Source of the DNA: an uncultured Candidatus Rokubacteria bacterium
GTDB taxonomy: Bacteria; Methylomirabilota; Methylomirabilia; Rokubacteriales; DASRDR01
Length of the DNA: 64,000 nucleotides
NCBI GenBank assembly: GCA_963708025.1
Contig: CAVPSB010000019.1
Coordinates: 256,001 to 320,000, forward strand
Direction of reading: 5' to 3'
The position numbers were made by a program, and so were the translations under genes. The notes under the pieces are model-generated. The model did no database searches. It saw only the letters and a program-made list of their open reading frames with translations, and was not told the origin of the DNA. This document shows positions 32,816-42,674 of the stretch, one piece after another (position 1 is the stretch's first letter; every line of letters starts with the position of its first letter).

Positions 32816-34304
32816 CGCCGGGCCCGCTGGTGGCCTCTTCACCCGGGCCGACCCCTCGCCTCCGGAGGTGGCCCGCTCGGTTCTCTTGATCCCTCTCGAG
32901 TCGTTGGCGAGCCGTCTCCTCATCCTGGCCCTCGTCTTGGTCGGAGGGGGCTCGCTAGCCCGCTCGGTCGCCCTTCCCGCGATCGCCGAGGTCCTCGCCC
33001 AGCGCGCGACCTCTCTCGCCGAAGTAGAGCAGGCCATCGCCTGGGACCCCGGAAACCCCGACCTTCGGCTTCGGGCGGCCCGCGCCGCCCTCGAGGGACT
33101 TCGGCCCGACCTCGCTACCGCTCGCGGGCACATGGCCGTCGCGCTGCGGGAGCGGCCGAGCCACGGCATGACGTGGCTTCTACTCGCGGTCGTCGCCGAG
33201 GGGCAGGGCGACCAGACGGGCGCCCGCTCGGCACTCCAGACTGCCGTCCGACTGGATCCGCACAACGTGAGCCTGCGGTGGGAAGCTGGGCTGATGGCGC
33301 TCCGCTGGGGCGACCACGACCAGGCGTTCGAGCACCTCCGCTACGTCCTGGCGGTGGATCCCGTTCAGCGGGAGGCCGCCTTCCAGCTCGCGCGGGCGTT
33401 TCTCCCGCCGGAGGAGCCCTTGAGCAGCCTCCTGCCGGATGACGCGAATGCCCTCTCCGGGGTGCTGGCAACGGCCGTTCACACCGGCGACCTTGCGCTT
33501 GCCTCGGCGGCCTGGGAGCGCCGGGCCACGCTGGTGCCTGGGATCCCGGGGTCGCTCCAGCGCCGCTACTTGGACCTGCTGATAGAAGGAGGGGACGGGG
33601 CTGGCGCGCGCCGACTGTGGCTGGCCATGGCGCCGAGCGGCCAGCCTGGCGCGGCAGGCAACCTCGTCTGGAATGGTGGGTTCGAAGCGGACCGGCTACT
33701 TGGCTGGGGACTCGATTGGCAGGTGCGGCGCATCTGGGGCGTCGAGGTCACCCTCGACCGGTTTGTCGCGGCAAGCGGGCGGCAGTCATTGCGCCTGGCC
33801 TTCAATACCTTTCCTACCCTCGACTTTGCCGGTGTCTCGCAGCCGGTGGCAGTGCAGGCGGGACGCGAATATCTCCTTCGCGCTATGGCCAAGGCGCTCG
33901 ACTTCACCACCCGCTCCGGACTCAAGCTGGAGGTGGTCACCCTGGGAGAGGAGCCAGACGTCCTGGCGCAGTCGGCGGCGGTGGCGGGGACGACGGCTGA
34001 CTGGGTGTCGCTCGAGGCGCGCGTGCGCATCCCGGCGGATCGCAGCCTGGTCCGCCTCCGCCTACATCGGGAGAAGGCGTCGGAGCCCGAGGGCAACCTG
34101 GGCGGCAAGGTCTGGGTGGATGAAGTGAGTCTCACGCCCATTTCCTCTGACGTCGCCTCGGCTTCGACAGACAGTGACGGCCGTACGATCGGTCTCCCTG
34201 CTCGCTCCCTCCGTGTGGAGGGTGGGCCTGAATCACTCTCGTCCCTTTCCCGCTCCCGAGCTGAGCTGGGTGAGCGGGCGCGTAGCGGTGGCCGTCGGTC
34301 GTGA
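32775..34304 (+). CDS. Membrane-anchored TPR + carbohydrate-binding-module-like protein (start uncertain)
   Basis: TM segment; TPR-like repeats (AIAWDPGN, AVRLDPHN); NLVWNGGFE...VWVDEVSL jelly-roll motif. Confidence 0.7.
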   Translation: MATDTAELEAANPSAGPAGGLFTRADPSPPEVARSVLLIPLESLASRLLILALVLVGGGSLARSVALPAIAEVLAQRATSLAEVEQAIAWDPGNPDLRLRAARAALEGLRPDLATARGHMAVALRERPSHGMTWLLLAVVAEGQGDQTGARSALQTAVRLDPHNVSLRWEAGLMALRWGDHDQAFEHLRYVLAVDPVQREAAFQLARAFLPPEEPLSSLLPDDANALSGVLATAVHTGDLALASAAWERRATLVPGIPGSLQRRYLDLLIEGGDGAGARRLWLAMAPSGQPGAAGNLVWNGGFEADRLLGWGLDWQVRRIWGVEVTLDRFVAASGRQSLRLAFNTFPTLDFAGVSQPVAVQAGREYLLRAMAKALDFTTRSGLKLEVVTLGEEPDVLAQSAAVAGTTADWVSLEARVRIPADRSLVRLRLHREKASEPEGNLGGKVWVDEVSLTPISSDVASASTDSDGRTIGLPARSLRVEGGPESLSSLSRSRAELGERARSGGRRS

Positions 34305-35917
34305 CCGACCCTGATCAGGTTCGCCGGCTCCTCCGCATCCTCGGCGTCCATCCGGTACTGCCTCCCGCGGAGGCTCTGCCCGCCGATAGCGACGAGTTTC
34401 GCGCCCTCGTTGCCGACCTGGCGCGGGGTGAGGGCTCACGACACGTCGAGCTGGTGCGTGAGGCGGCGGTCGAGCTGGTGATCGCGCCAGAGGAGCTGGC
34501 CCGGCGCGCCCAGTTCCTGATGGCCTGTCTCGTCCTTCCCAGCTCGGGAACACACTATGAGGTACTCGGCGTCCCGCGGGACGCGACCAGCCAGGAGATC
34601 CGGAAGCGCTGGGCCCAGCTCATCCAGCGATACCATCCGGATCACGTCGCGGGCGGCCGGACCAACTGGTTGGACGAGCAGGCGCGGCGCATCATCGACG
34701 CCTACCACACGCTGGGGCACCCGGAGCGACGCCGGCGATACGACGAAGAGCTCGCCACCGAGCGCGGCACGGGGAGTCCGCGGCCAGTGTGCCAGCCGAC
34801 CGAGTCGCAACCGCTTCGCCTCGTCCCGCCGCCGCGGTGGCGCTGGGCGCCAGCTGCCATCCTGGTAGGCGGGGCGGTGGTCGCGACCTGGACCTACCTG
34901 TCACCGGCGCCGCGTACACTCCCGTCCGCGCCCCTGCCGCCGGCGCCCAAGCTGCTCGAAGGGCGGGGGATCGTCGATTCCGAGCGACCGGGGGCATCCA
35001 CCCCCTCGTCCCGGGCTCCCGCCCGGCAGTCCGAGCCTGCCTCGCCGTCGGCCAGGAGAGAAGGCGGGCAAGCGGAGCCGTCGTCGGCGGCGAGCCGCGC
35101 CGTCAACCTGGTGGAGCGGGCCGTGCCGGCGTCACCGCCTGGTGCCACGGCGGCGAGCGACGCCCCCGGCGAAGAGTCCGATGCCAGGGAACGAACCCGG
35201 ATCTCGCAGGTCCAGCCATGGGGATCGGACCGGCGCCGCCCCGCGGGAACCGCGTCGCAAACGACCCCGATGCCGCCATCGGAAGCGTCCGTCCCTTCCC
35301 GATTTGCTCGGGAGCGCTCGGCGTCGACGATCGCTCCGTCGTCGCAATCGCTTGCGGGGTCTCCCGCCCCGGCGCCGCCGGCAGTCCAGTTCCCGAACAG
35401 ATCGGTTCCTCGACCGCCCGTTCCGCCGGCGGCCGACGCCGCGACACCCGTTCCACCGACGTCGTGGGTCGCCGCTGCGGTCCGTCCCCAGGCCTCGCCT
35501 TCGGGGCCGGCCACTCCGGTGCCGGTCGCCACGATTCCACCTCGGCCCGCCGCCGAACCGTTGGCCCTGATCGAGTCTTTCCGGATCGCGTACGAGCGCA
35601 AGGACCTCAGCAGCCTCGTCGGTCTGTTCTCGACGAACGTGCGGGAGTGGCAGGCTGAGGGGCGGCCGGCCGTCGAGCAGCTCTATGCCCGGAACTTCGC
35701 GGCGCTCGGCGAGATTCGCTACGACCTGAGCGACCTTGAGGTGATGCCAAGCGCCGGCAACGGCCACGTCCTGGTGCGTGGGAGCTACCGGATCCGCACG
35801 GTCCACATGGGGCCGCCGCCCCGTCTTCTCGACGTCGCCGGGCCGATTCGCTGGTTGCTCATCGCGGAGTCCGGTGTCCTCCGAATCGTCGGCATCGACT
35901 ACGAGCTACCCCGATGA
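34301..35917 (+). CDS. Membrane J-domain protein (DnaJ-TM-Pro-rich linker-NTF2/SnoaL-like)
   Basis: HYEVLGV...RYHPD...AYHTLGHPERRRRYD; single TM; C-terminal FRIAYERKDL fold. Confidence 0.8.
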   Translation: MTDPDQVRRLLRILGVHPVLPPAEALPADSDEFRALVADLARGEGSRHVELVREAAVELVIAPEELARRAQFLMACLVLPSSGTHYEVLGVPRDATSQEIRKRWAQLIQRYHPDHVAGGRTNWLDEQARRIIDAYHTLGHPERRRRYDEELATERGTGSPRPVCQPTESQPLRLVPPPRWRWAPAAILVGGAVVATWTYLSPAPRTLPSAPLPPAPKLLEGRGIVDSERPGASTPSSRAPARQSEPASPSARREGGQAEPSSAASRAVNLVERAVPASPPGATAASDAPGEESDARERTRISQVQPWGSDRRRPAGTASQTTPMPPSEASVPSRFARERSASTIAPSSQSLAGSPAPAPPAVQFPNRSVPRPPVPPAADAATPVPPTSWVAAAVRPQASPSGPATPVPVATIPPRPAAEPLALIESFRIAYERKDLSSLVGLFSTNVREWQAEGRPAVEQLYARNFAALGEIRYDLSDLEVMPSAGNGHVLVRGSYRIRTVHMGPPPRLLDVAGPIRWLLIAESGVLRIVGIDYELPR

Positions 35918-37365
35918 GCTTGGGTGAGCCGGGCCGTGGCGGGACGCCGACCTCGTGGGAGGACCGACTCATCGAAGCGGCAGCCCTGTTCCTCCTGGTC
36001 TTCACCCCGCTTGCCTACGGGACGGTCGAGCCATGGTCCGAGGCGATCGCGGAGCTGGTGGTGCTCGGGATGGGAATTGTCTGGGCGGTCCGGATGCTGC
36101 GCGACTGGGAGATACGGATCGAGCTGCCGCCCGGTTGGTTTCCGGGGGCGCTCTTCCTGTTGCTCGTGCTCCTGCAGACGATTGCATTCCCGATGGAGTG
36201 GATGAGGGCGGCTTCACCGTGGACGACGTCACTACATGAGAGCGCCGCCCGGCACCTCGACACCGCCGCCACCTTCGTTCCGCTCTCTCTCGACCGCCAC
36301 GAGACCTGGCGTCAGGCTCTCAAACTCGTCGCCGTCGCCATCTTTTTCATCGTGCTCTACAACACGTACCGTACACGTGGCCAGGTCCGCCGCGCCCTCT
36401 GGACCATGGTCATCACCGGTAGCGCGATCTCGCTGTTCGGGATCGTCCAGCGTGTGACCTGGAACGGCCGCATCTACTGGATCGGCCCCGAAGCGCCGGC
36501 GGCCGCGAACTACACGTTCGGCCCCTACATCAACCGCACTCATTTCGCGGCCCTCGTGTTGATCGTGGTACCCATGGCTCTCGGCTACGTTGTGTTCCGA
36601 TCGAACGCCTCGCCGGCAACAAGGAGCAGATCTGAAGGTTGGTCCGGACGGATCCGGAGATGGAACAGCAACAGCTCTCGCCCATCGGTTCTGATCCCGT
36701 TCCTGATCGTGCTCATGGGCAGTGCGGCTCTCACCAGCGGGTCGCGCGGCGGTGCCCTGGCGCTGGTTGCAGCCGTGCTGGCCATGCTGGGCCTGGCCAA
36801 GGGTCGCGGAACTCGTCAGGCTTTTCTGCACCTGGCTGTCTTCGTGGGCGTGATCACGCTGGCGGCCCTCTCGATCGGCGCCGACATGCTCGGCCACACG
36901 CTCGAGCGACTCACCGAGGAGCTGGATCGCTCCCAGGACAGCTTCAGGCTGCGGGTGTGGCCCGATGTCATGGGGCTGTGGCATCGAGCGCCCGTCCTCG
37001 GAACGGGACTCGGTGCCTTTGGGGCGAGCTTCGCCACAGTGCGGACACTTGCATACCCTGTCTCGGTCACGCACGCCGAGAGTGACTGGCTTCAATTGCT
37101 CAGCGAGACCGGCGCCCTCGGCCTGGCTCTCGTTCTTGCGTTCTGCGGCGCCGTCATCGTCGCCCTCTTCGGAGGTTACACGCTCCTTTCGGCACGAAGG
37201 GCCTCGGGCGGTGTCGTCGTCGCCGGTCTCGTGATCATGCTCGGCGTTGCAGCCCAAGGTGTCGCGAACTACAACCTCAGCGTCATGGCCAACCTCCTGT
37301 GCTTTGCGATGTCACAGGTCCTGGCCCTCGTCGTGCTGTCCAGCGACGTTCAGTCGCCAAGGTAA
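35914..37365 (+). CDS. O-antigen ligase/oligosaccharyltransferase (Wzy_C) family protein
   Basis: FGPYINRTHFA, SGSRGG, GTGLGAF, HAESDWLQ.L.ETG. Confidence 0.88.
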   Translation: MSLGEPGRGGTPTSWEDRLIEAAALFLLVFTPLAYGTVEPWSEAIAELVVLGMGIVWAVRMLRDWEIRIELPPGWFPGALFLLLVLLQTIAFPMEWMRAASPWTTSLHESAARHLDTAATFVPLSLDRHETWRQALKLVAVAIFFIVLYNTYRTRGQVRRALWTMVITGSAISLFGIVQRVTWNGRIYWIGPEAPAAANYTFGPYINRTHFAALVLIVVPMALGYVVFRSNASPATRSRSEGWSGRIRRWNSNSSRPSVLIPFLIVLMGSAALTSGSRGGALALVAAVLAMLGLAKGRGTRQAFLHLAVFVGVITLAALSIGADMLGHTLERLTEELDRSQDSFRLRVWPDVMGLWHRAPVLGTGLGAFGASFATVRTLAYPVSVTHAESDWLQLLSETGALGLALVLAFCGAVIVALFGGYTLLSARRASGGVVVAGLVIMLGVAAQGVANYNLSVMANLLCFAMSQVLALVVLSSDVQSPR

Positions 37366-37369
37366 TCCG

Positions 37370-38884
37370 ATGGCCGGCCACCGCCAGCAAGCGCCGACGG
37401 TTGCCGATCTCTCATCGAGCACCGTCGCGCGCCGGCTTGACCCAGTTCTGGACATCGGATCGAAGACCCTACTCTCCAGGCCCCGGCGCGTCTGGGATGT
37501 TCTGGAGCCGAGTATTCTCTTCATCCTTGGCGATGTGGTCGCCCTTTGCCTCGCCTCCTCACTGGCGATCGCCCTTCGACACGTGCTGTGGGGACCGATG
37601 CCCTATCCAGCCGGGCTCTTTCAGGTGGCCGCGGGCTGGATACTCCTGCGGCTCGCTGCCCAGTTGTATCCCGGCTATGGCGTGGCAGCTCCCGAGGAAC
37701 TTCGGCTCTCCACCGTCACCACCGCAATGGCTGGGATCGGCCACGCGGCCGTTCTGTTCGCCGCCAAGGAGACCGGCGTATCGCGTCTCGTTGCCGGGGT
37801 GACCTGGGGTCTGTTGATCCTCCTCAGCTGGGTCATTCGGATGGCAATCAAGGAGCAGTTGATCAGATTCGACCGATTCGGCGCGCCGATAATCGTGGTA
37901 GGTGCCGGAAGGGCCGCCGCTCTTGTGGTGCGGGAGCTCAAGCGGAATCGCGAACTGGGTCTGAACCCGGTCGCAGTATTCGATCATGATCGGAGCCGGG
38001 ATGGGGGCCGCATCGAAGGGATACCCATTGTCGGTGGGGTGGATGACGCGGTCCATGGAGAGGTACCCTGGCCCGTGCAGCATGCGATCATCGCGATGCC
38101 CGAGGCTGGGGGCCGACAGGTCGTAGAGCTCGCTTCTCTCCTGGCGACGCGATATCCGCGGGTTGGCATCGTCCCGGATCTGTTCGGTCTGAGCAATCTC
38201 TGGCTCCGATCGCGATCGCTGGGCATCTGTCTCACACTCGAGGTGCCCAACAACCTGCTGAGCCCACTGGCACGCTGGACGAAGCGGGTGGCCGACTTGT
38301 CGTTGGCCGTGCCGTCGGCGATTCTCGCTGTGCCGGCGGTTCTGGCCGCCGCTCTCACAGTGAAGATCGCCAGCCCCGGCCCGGCATTCTTCGCCCAGGA
38401 GCGGGAAGGCGTGAGTGGGCGACGAATCAGGGTGTGGAAGATCCGCACCATGCGGCCCGACGCCGAGGTCTATCTGGACGCTTACCTGAGAGCGAACAGT
38501 GGGGCTCGCCACGAATGGGAAAGCCACATGAAGCTTCGGCGGGATCCCCGGGTCATCCCGGTGGTCGGCCGGTTTCTGCGACGGTTCAGTATCGACGAAC
38601 TGCCGCAACTCTGGAGCGTCATTCGAGGCGAGATGAGTCTGGTCGGCCCGAGACCCTTCCCCGATTATCATCTCGGACGATTCTCCTCGGAGTTCAGAGA
38701 CCTGCGCCGCCAGGTTCCACCAGGGATCACGGGGCTCTGGCAGGTTGCCTGTCGATCCGAGGGTGACCTGGATCTTCAGGAAGAGACTGACTCCTACTAT
38801 ATCCGAAACTGGTCGCTGTGGGTTGACCTGTGGGTCCTGCTGCGGACTGTGCGGGTTGTCTTGAACGGCGCCGGGTCGTACTGA
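37370..38884 (+). CDS. wbaP: Undecaprenyl-phosphate sugar-1-phosphate transferase (WbaP-like)
   Basis: KIRTM, DPRV, FLRRFSIDELPQL, MSLVGPRP, PGITGLWQV, YYIRNWS. Confidence 0.92.
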   Translation: MAGHRQQAPTVADLSSSTVARRLDPVLDIGSKTLLSRPRRVWDVLEPSILFILGDVVALCLASSLAIALRHVLWGPMPYPAGLFQVAAGWILLRLAAQLYPGYGVAAPEELRLSTVTTAMAGIGHAAVLFAAKETGVSRLVAGVTWGLLILLSWVIRMAIKEQLIRFDRFGAPIIVVGAGRAAALVVRELKRNRELGLNPVAVFDHDRSRDGGRIEGIPIVGGVDDAVHGEVPWPVQHAIIAMPEAGGRQVVELASLLATRYPRVGIVPDLFGLSNLWLRSRSLGICLTLEVPNNLLSPLARWTKRVADLSLAVPSAILAVPAVLAAALTVKIASPGPAFFAQEREGVSGRRIRVWKIRTMRPDAEVYLDAYLRANSGARHEWESHMKLRRDPRVIPVVGRFLRRFSIDELPQLWSVIRGEMSLVGPRPFPDYHLGRFSSEFRDLRRQVPPGITGLWQVACRSEGDLDLQEETDSYYIRNWSLWVDLWVLLRTVRVVLNGAGSY

Positions 38885-38932
38885 GTTGGTCCATGTGATC
38901 ATCGCTCTCGTAGTGTGGGAGTGAGAGCGAAC

Positions 38933-39091
38933 ATGCGACCGGACGTCACGATCGTCCTGCCCGTCCACAACGGAATGCCGTATCTGCTCGAGGCTCTACA
39001 GTCCATTCTTCAACAGACCGCTTCGTTGAAGCCGGCTCTGCGCTCGGGGTGGTGCGACCGCCATCTGGTAGGTGGGACGTGCAAGGCTTGA
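38933..39091 (+). pseudogene. N-terminal fragment of a GT2 glycosyltransferase
   Basis: MRPDVTIVLPVHNGMPYLLEALQSILQQT, then unrelated sequence and a stop. Confidence 0.7.
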
Positions 39092-39099
39092 GTCGATGG

Positions 39100-40362
39100 A
39101 TGACGAGCGCCACGGCGGCCTGGGTGAGCCGCAGTACGTGGGCCGTGGCCGATCAGGCGCTGTTTGCCGGGGCCAACTTCGTTCTGAGCGTTATCACCGC
39201 GCGGTGGCTCAGCCGCTCCGAGTATGGTGCATTCGCCGTTGCCTACGCCGTGTTCCTGCTGGTCGGCGCCTTCCACACCGCGTTGCTCACCGAACCGATG
39301 CTGGTGTTCGGCGGCTCCAGGTATCGGGACCGACTCGGGCGATACATTCCGACGCTGACCAGGTTCCATTGGCTGTTCTCGACCGGCGGGGGTCTTGTGT
39401 TGGCCGCCGGCGCCCTCTGGATGGAACTGCACGAGCCCGGCGTGCTGGCCCAGTCGCTCTTCGCCACGGCCGTGAGCACGCCACCGATTCTGTACCTGTG
39501 GCTCCGTAGACGGGTGTGCTACGTGCGACTGGCGCCGAGGCAGGCGACTATTGGCGGGGCCATCTACCTCTCGGCGTCACTCGCGATCGTGTACGGCACC
39601 AACCTGCTCGGGCTGCTGACGCCTGGTCGGGCGGTGATGATCATGGGCGCGTCCAGCGTGATGGCCGTGCTGGGCATGGGCCCGGTCCTGCCGGGGGGTT
39701 CCGGAAGAGTCGATCGGGCGCTGATGGCAGAGGGGCTGCGAGATCACTGGCGGTACGGCCGCTGGGCGATCCTGGCGACGACGCTGGCCTGGATTCCCGG
39801 CAACATCGGGTACATCCTGCTTCCACTGTGGATGGGGCTGGAGGCGCCGGGAGCGATGAGGGCGTTGATGAATCTCGCGCTTCCCATGCTTCATCTCAAT
39901 ACGGCGCTGGGGAGCCTGCTCGTACCGGTCTTTGCCGAGAAGCGTCACGGTGACCACTTCGACAAGACCCTCATCAGAGTGTCGGGTGCGATGGGCTGTA
40001 TGGCGATCGCCTACTGGCTCGGTCTGGCCGTCTTCGGGGCCTGGATCCTTCGGTGGGCCTACGGTGGCCAGTACGTGGAGTATGCCGGGTGGCTGTGGAT
40101 GGTTGGAGCGTTGCCGACGTCGGCCGGCATTGTCACCGTCACGAGTAGTGCCCTGCGTGCGCTGGAGTTGCCGCGCCAGATTGCACTCGTGTACGCGGCG
40201 GTGGCGGCCGGCGCCATGACCGCCGGCGTCGTTCTCATCGCATGGCAGGGAGTCGCCGGCGCCATTGTCGGTCTGTTCGCGTCGTCGTCGCTGACGGCCG
40301 TCGGGATGGCGTTCCTGCTCGTGAGGGCCCGGGCCGGCCAGCAGTGCCAACCGGTGTGTTAA
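39100..40362 (+). CDS. wzx: Polysaccharide flippase (Wzx-like)
   Basis: Multi-TM; DQALFAGANF...ARWLSRSEYGAF N-terminal pattern; cluster context. Confidence 0.75.
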   Translation: MTSATAAWVSRSTWAVADQALFAGANFVLSVITARWLSRSEYGAFAVAYAVFLLVGAFHTALLTEPMLVFGGSRYRDRLGRYIPTLTRFHWLFSTGGGLVLAAGALWMELHEPGVLAQSLFATAVSTPPILYLWLRRRVCYVRLAPRQATIGGAIYLSASLAIVYGTNLLGLLTPGRAVMIMGASSVMAVLGMGPVLPGGSGRVDRALMAEGLRDHWRYGRWAILATTLAWIPGNIGYILLPLWMGLEAPGAMRALMNLALPMLHLNTALGSLLVPVFAEKRHGDHFDKTLIRVSGAMGCMAIAYWLGLAVFGAWILRWAYGGQYVEYAGWLWMVGALPTSAGIVTVTSSALRALELPRQIALVYAAVAAGAMTAGVVLIAWQGVAGAIVGLFASSSLTAVGMAFLLVRARAGQQCQPVC

Positions 40363-41645
40363 TAGAAGTGCCCGCGACCCGGCTCGACGAGTTCCTGCAC
40401 GGACTCGGAGAGTACGCCGTCTTGAAGAACCAGGAGGTCTGGCGGCATTTCGAGAGCGGTGGCGATCTCGACCTCCTGGTCGAGGACCTGGAGGCCGCGG
40501 AGAGGCGTCTGCTGCGGCATCTCGGCATGCCGACCCGGCGACTGGTGAGGTCGTACGTGTCGAACTATCACTATCCATGGGGGCAGATCGATCTGCTCGC
40601 CCAGTTCGAGTGGCATGGTGCCGTGTTCCTGAGGAAGGAGAACGTGTTCGCTGGGCTCGGGACTTCGGTGATGGGCTTCTCGGCGCCCCGGCCGGCTCAC
40701 GAGGCGGTGATCTGCTGGCTGACGAGCCTGCTGTGGGGCGGGTTCTTCAAGGAGCGGTATCGCGAGAAGATCCTGGCCGCCTGCGGGAGCGACGCGGCGG
40801 CCTTGAAGGAGGCGCTGGTCCAGGCGGCCGGCCCCGTCTGTGGCGGGCGGCTGTTCGACGCGGTCCAATCGGGCCAGCCGGAGCTGACGGTGACAGCGGT
40901 CCAGTCGATTCGGCGATCCGTGTGGTGGCGAGCGTTCCGGCTGGATCTTCGTGGCACTGTGTCCCGGTGGGTCGCCTTCTGGCTGACCGAGATGCGCCTG
41001 CGGATGGTCCGGCAAGTGCCCTGGATCTGCATACTCGGGCCGGACGGTAGCGGCAAGTCGACCGTCATCGAGCATCTGGCGAGGCGATTGACTCGTCGCC
41101 GCGAGGTGTGTGGCGTGGACCTGTATCACTGGAGACCGGAGGTCGTGAGGCCGACCGGCGGCGAGCCGGTCACGAATCCTCATGCGTCGCCTCCCCATTC
41201 CCGTCTGAAGTCGCTGCTCAAGCTCGCCTTCCTCGCTTGCGACTGGTCGCTGTGGTACTGGATGCGCCTGGTGCACCGCCAGGCCAAGGGCTATCTTTCC
41301 GTGTTCGACCGGGGCTATGCGGACATCCTGGTCGATCCGCACCGGTATCGCTACGGTGGGCCTCTCTGGCTGGCGAGGCTCGTGGGATTTTGCCTGCCGG
41401 CGCCGGACACAACGATCGTGCTTGATGCCAACTCGGAGGTGTTGCGATCGCGAAAGCAGGAGGTCGCACCGGAGGAGTGTGCTCGCCAGCGGCAGGCATA
41501 TCTCGACCTAGCGAAACACACTCCGAGCTCTCACGTTGTGGACGCGTCGCAGCCCATCGAAGCGGTCGTGGACGAAGTCGAGCGCATTGTTCGCGCCGGA
41601 ATGGCGTCGGTCGGGCTCCGAGGCCTCGAGACGAGCGTGAGCTGA
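40356..41645 (+). CDS. Nucleotidyltransferase-fold domain fused to a thymidylate-kinase-like P-loop domain
   Basis: GGDLDLLV near the N-terminus; GPDGSGKST, FDRGYAD, SRKQE in the C-terminal half. Confidence 0.75.
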   Translation: MLIEVPATRLDEFLHGLGEYAVLKNQEVWRHFESGGDLDLLVEDLEAAERRLLRHLGMPTRRLVRSYVSNYHYPWGQIDLLAQFEWHGAVFLRKENVFAGLGTSVMGFSAPRPAHEAVICWLTSLLWGGFFKERYREKILAACGSDAAALKEALVQAAGPVCGGRLFDAVQSGQPELTVTAVQSIRRSVWWRAFRLDLRGTVSRWVAFWLTEMRLRMVRQVPWICILGPDGSGKSTVIEHLARRLTRRREVCGVDLYHWRPEVVRPTGGEPVTNPHASPPHSRLKSLLKLAFLACDWSLWYWMRLVHRQAKGYLSVFDRGYADILVDPHRYRYGGPLWLARLVGFCLPAPDTTIVLDANSEVLRSRKQEVAPEECARQRQAYLDLAKHTPSSHVVDASQPIEAVVDEVERIVRAGMASVGLRGLETSVS

Positions 41646-42674
41646 ATGCTGCCACTTGGCGTGGCCCAGTGCCTCCCGCCCGGGACCCGCGCCGTGGCGC
41701 TGCCGGCATGGCAAGCGCCCCGACTCGTGCTGTCCCGCGGAGGGTGGCGGTTTCGCTGGGAGGCGAGTGACTTCTATCCCGCGTTTCGAACCCGGGCACG
41801 GGCGTTCAAGGCGGTGATCCGATTGAAGGCGCTGCTGGGGGGCTTCGGCGGGGAGAGGAACACGCTGGTCGCTTCCCCCGTTTGCGACTTCGTGGCTGGG
41901 GCGATTCCATCGGTGGCACGCTGTGCCGTCTTGATTCCCAGCCGTGAACGGGGTGACAGGCTGGTTGCGAAGCTGTGGGACCGAGAGGGCCGGGTCACCG
42001 GATACGTGAAGTACGCCCGTGACGGGGCTTCGGGGGCGCTGCTCGCTCACGAGCACGCAGTCCTGAGCCGAATTCCTGGAGGGCTGGGTCCCAGGGTGCT
42101 CCGCTTCGGTGAGCTGGGGGATGGAAAGGCAATGCTCCTCGAGCCGCTGTCGGGACGGACGGTGGCGGCCCGGCTACCACCTCCCCCTTCCGCGGTGAAG
42201 CTGGCGGAGGCATTGATCGTCGGGGAGCCGCTCGCCATCGAGTGCCATCCGATCCGTTCGCTGTGGAACGAACGAGGGGGGCCAGCCGCCTGGGCCGGGC
42301 TCCTCGGGAACAGGAAGTGGGGGGTGGCGATCCAGCACGGTGACTTTGCTCCCTGGAATCTCGTCGACGATCGGGACGGTGTGAGAGCGGTCGACTGGGA
42401 ATCCGGGTGTCTTGAAGGATTTCCCTACCTGGATCTGGCGTTTTTCGTCCTCCAGGTCGGTGCCCTGATGTACCGGTGGTCACCCGGGAGGGCCGCCGAA
42501 TTCGCCGCTCGCTGGCTCACTGCACACTTGCCGATCTCGGCGACTGCCACCGAGGCACGGACGATGGTGCAGATGGCCGCCTATGACTCGTACTCGAGAG
42601 ATCTCGGCGAGGGGAAGACGGAGGGTCACCCACTCCAACAATGGCGCCGGGCCGTCTGGAGCGGCACCTGGTGA
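41646..42674 (+). CDS. APH/choline-kinase-like phosphotransferase
   Basis: YVK, HE, HGDFAPWN (Brenner motif), DWE. Confidence 0.8.
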   Translation: MLPLGVAQCLPPGTRAVALPAWQAPRLVLSRGGWRFRWEASDFYPAFRTRARAFKAVIRLKALLGGFGGERNTLVASPVCDFVAGAIPSVARCAVLIPSRERGDRLVAKLWDREGRVTGYVKYARDGASGALLAHEHAVLSRIPGGLGPRVLRFGELGDGKAMLLEPLSGRTVAARLPPPPSAVKLAEALIVGEPLAIECHPIRSLWNERGGPAAWAGLLGNRKWGVAIQHGDFAPWNLVDDRDGVRAVDWESGCLEGFPYLDLAFFVLQVGALMYRWSPGRAAEFAARWLTAHLPISATATEARTMVQMAAYDSYSRDLGEGKTEGHPLQQWRRAVWSGTW

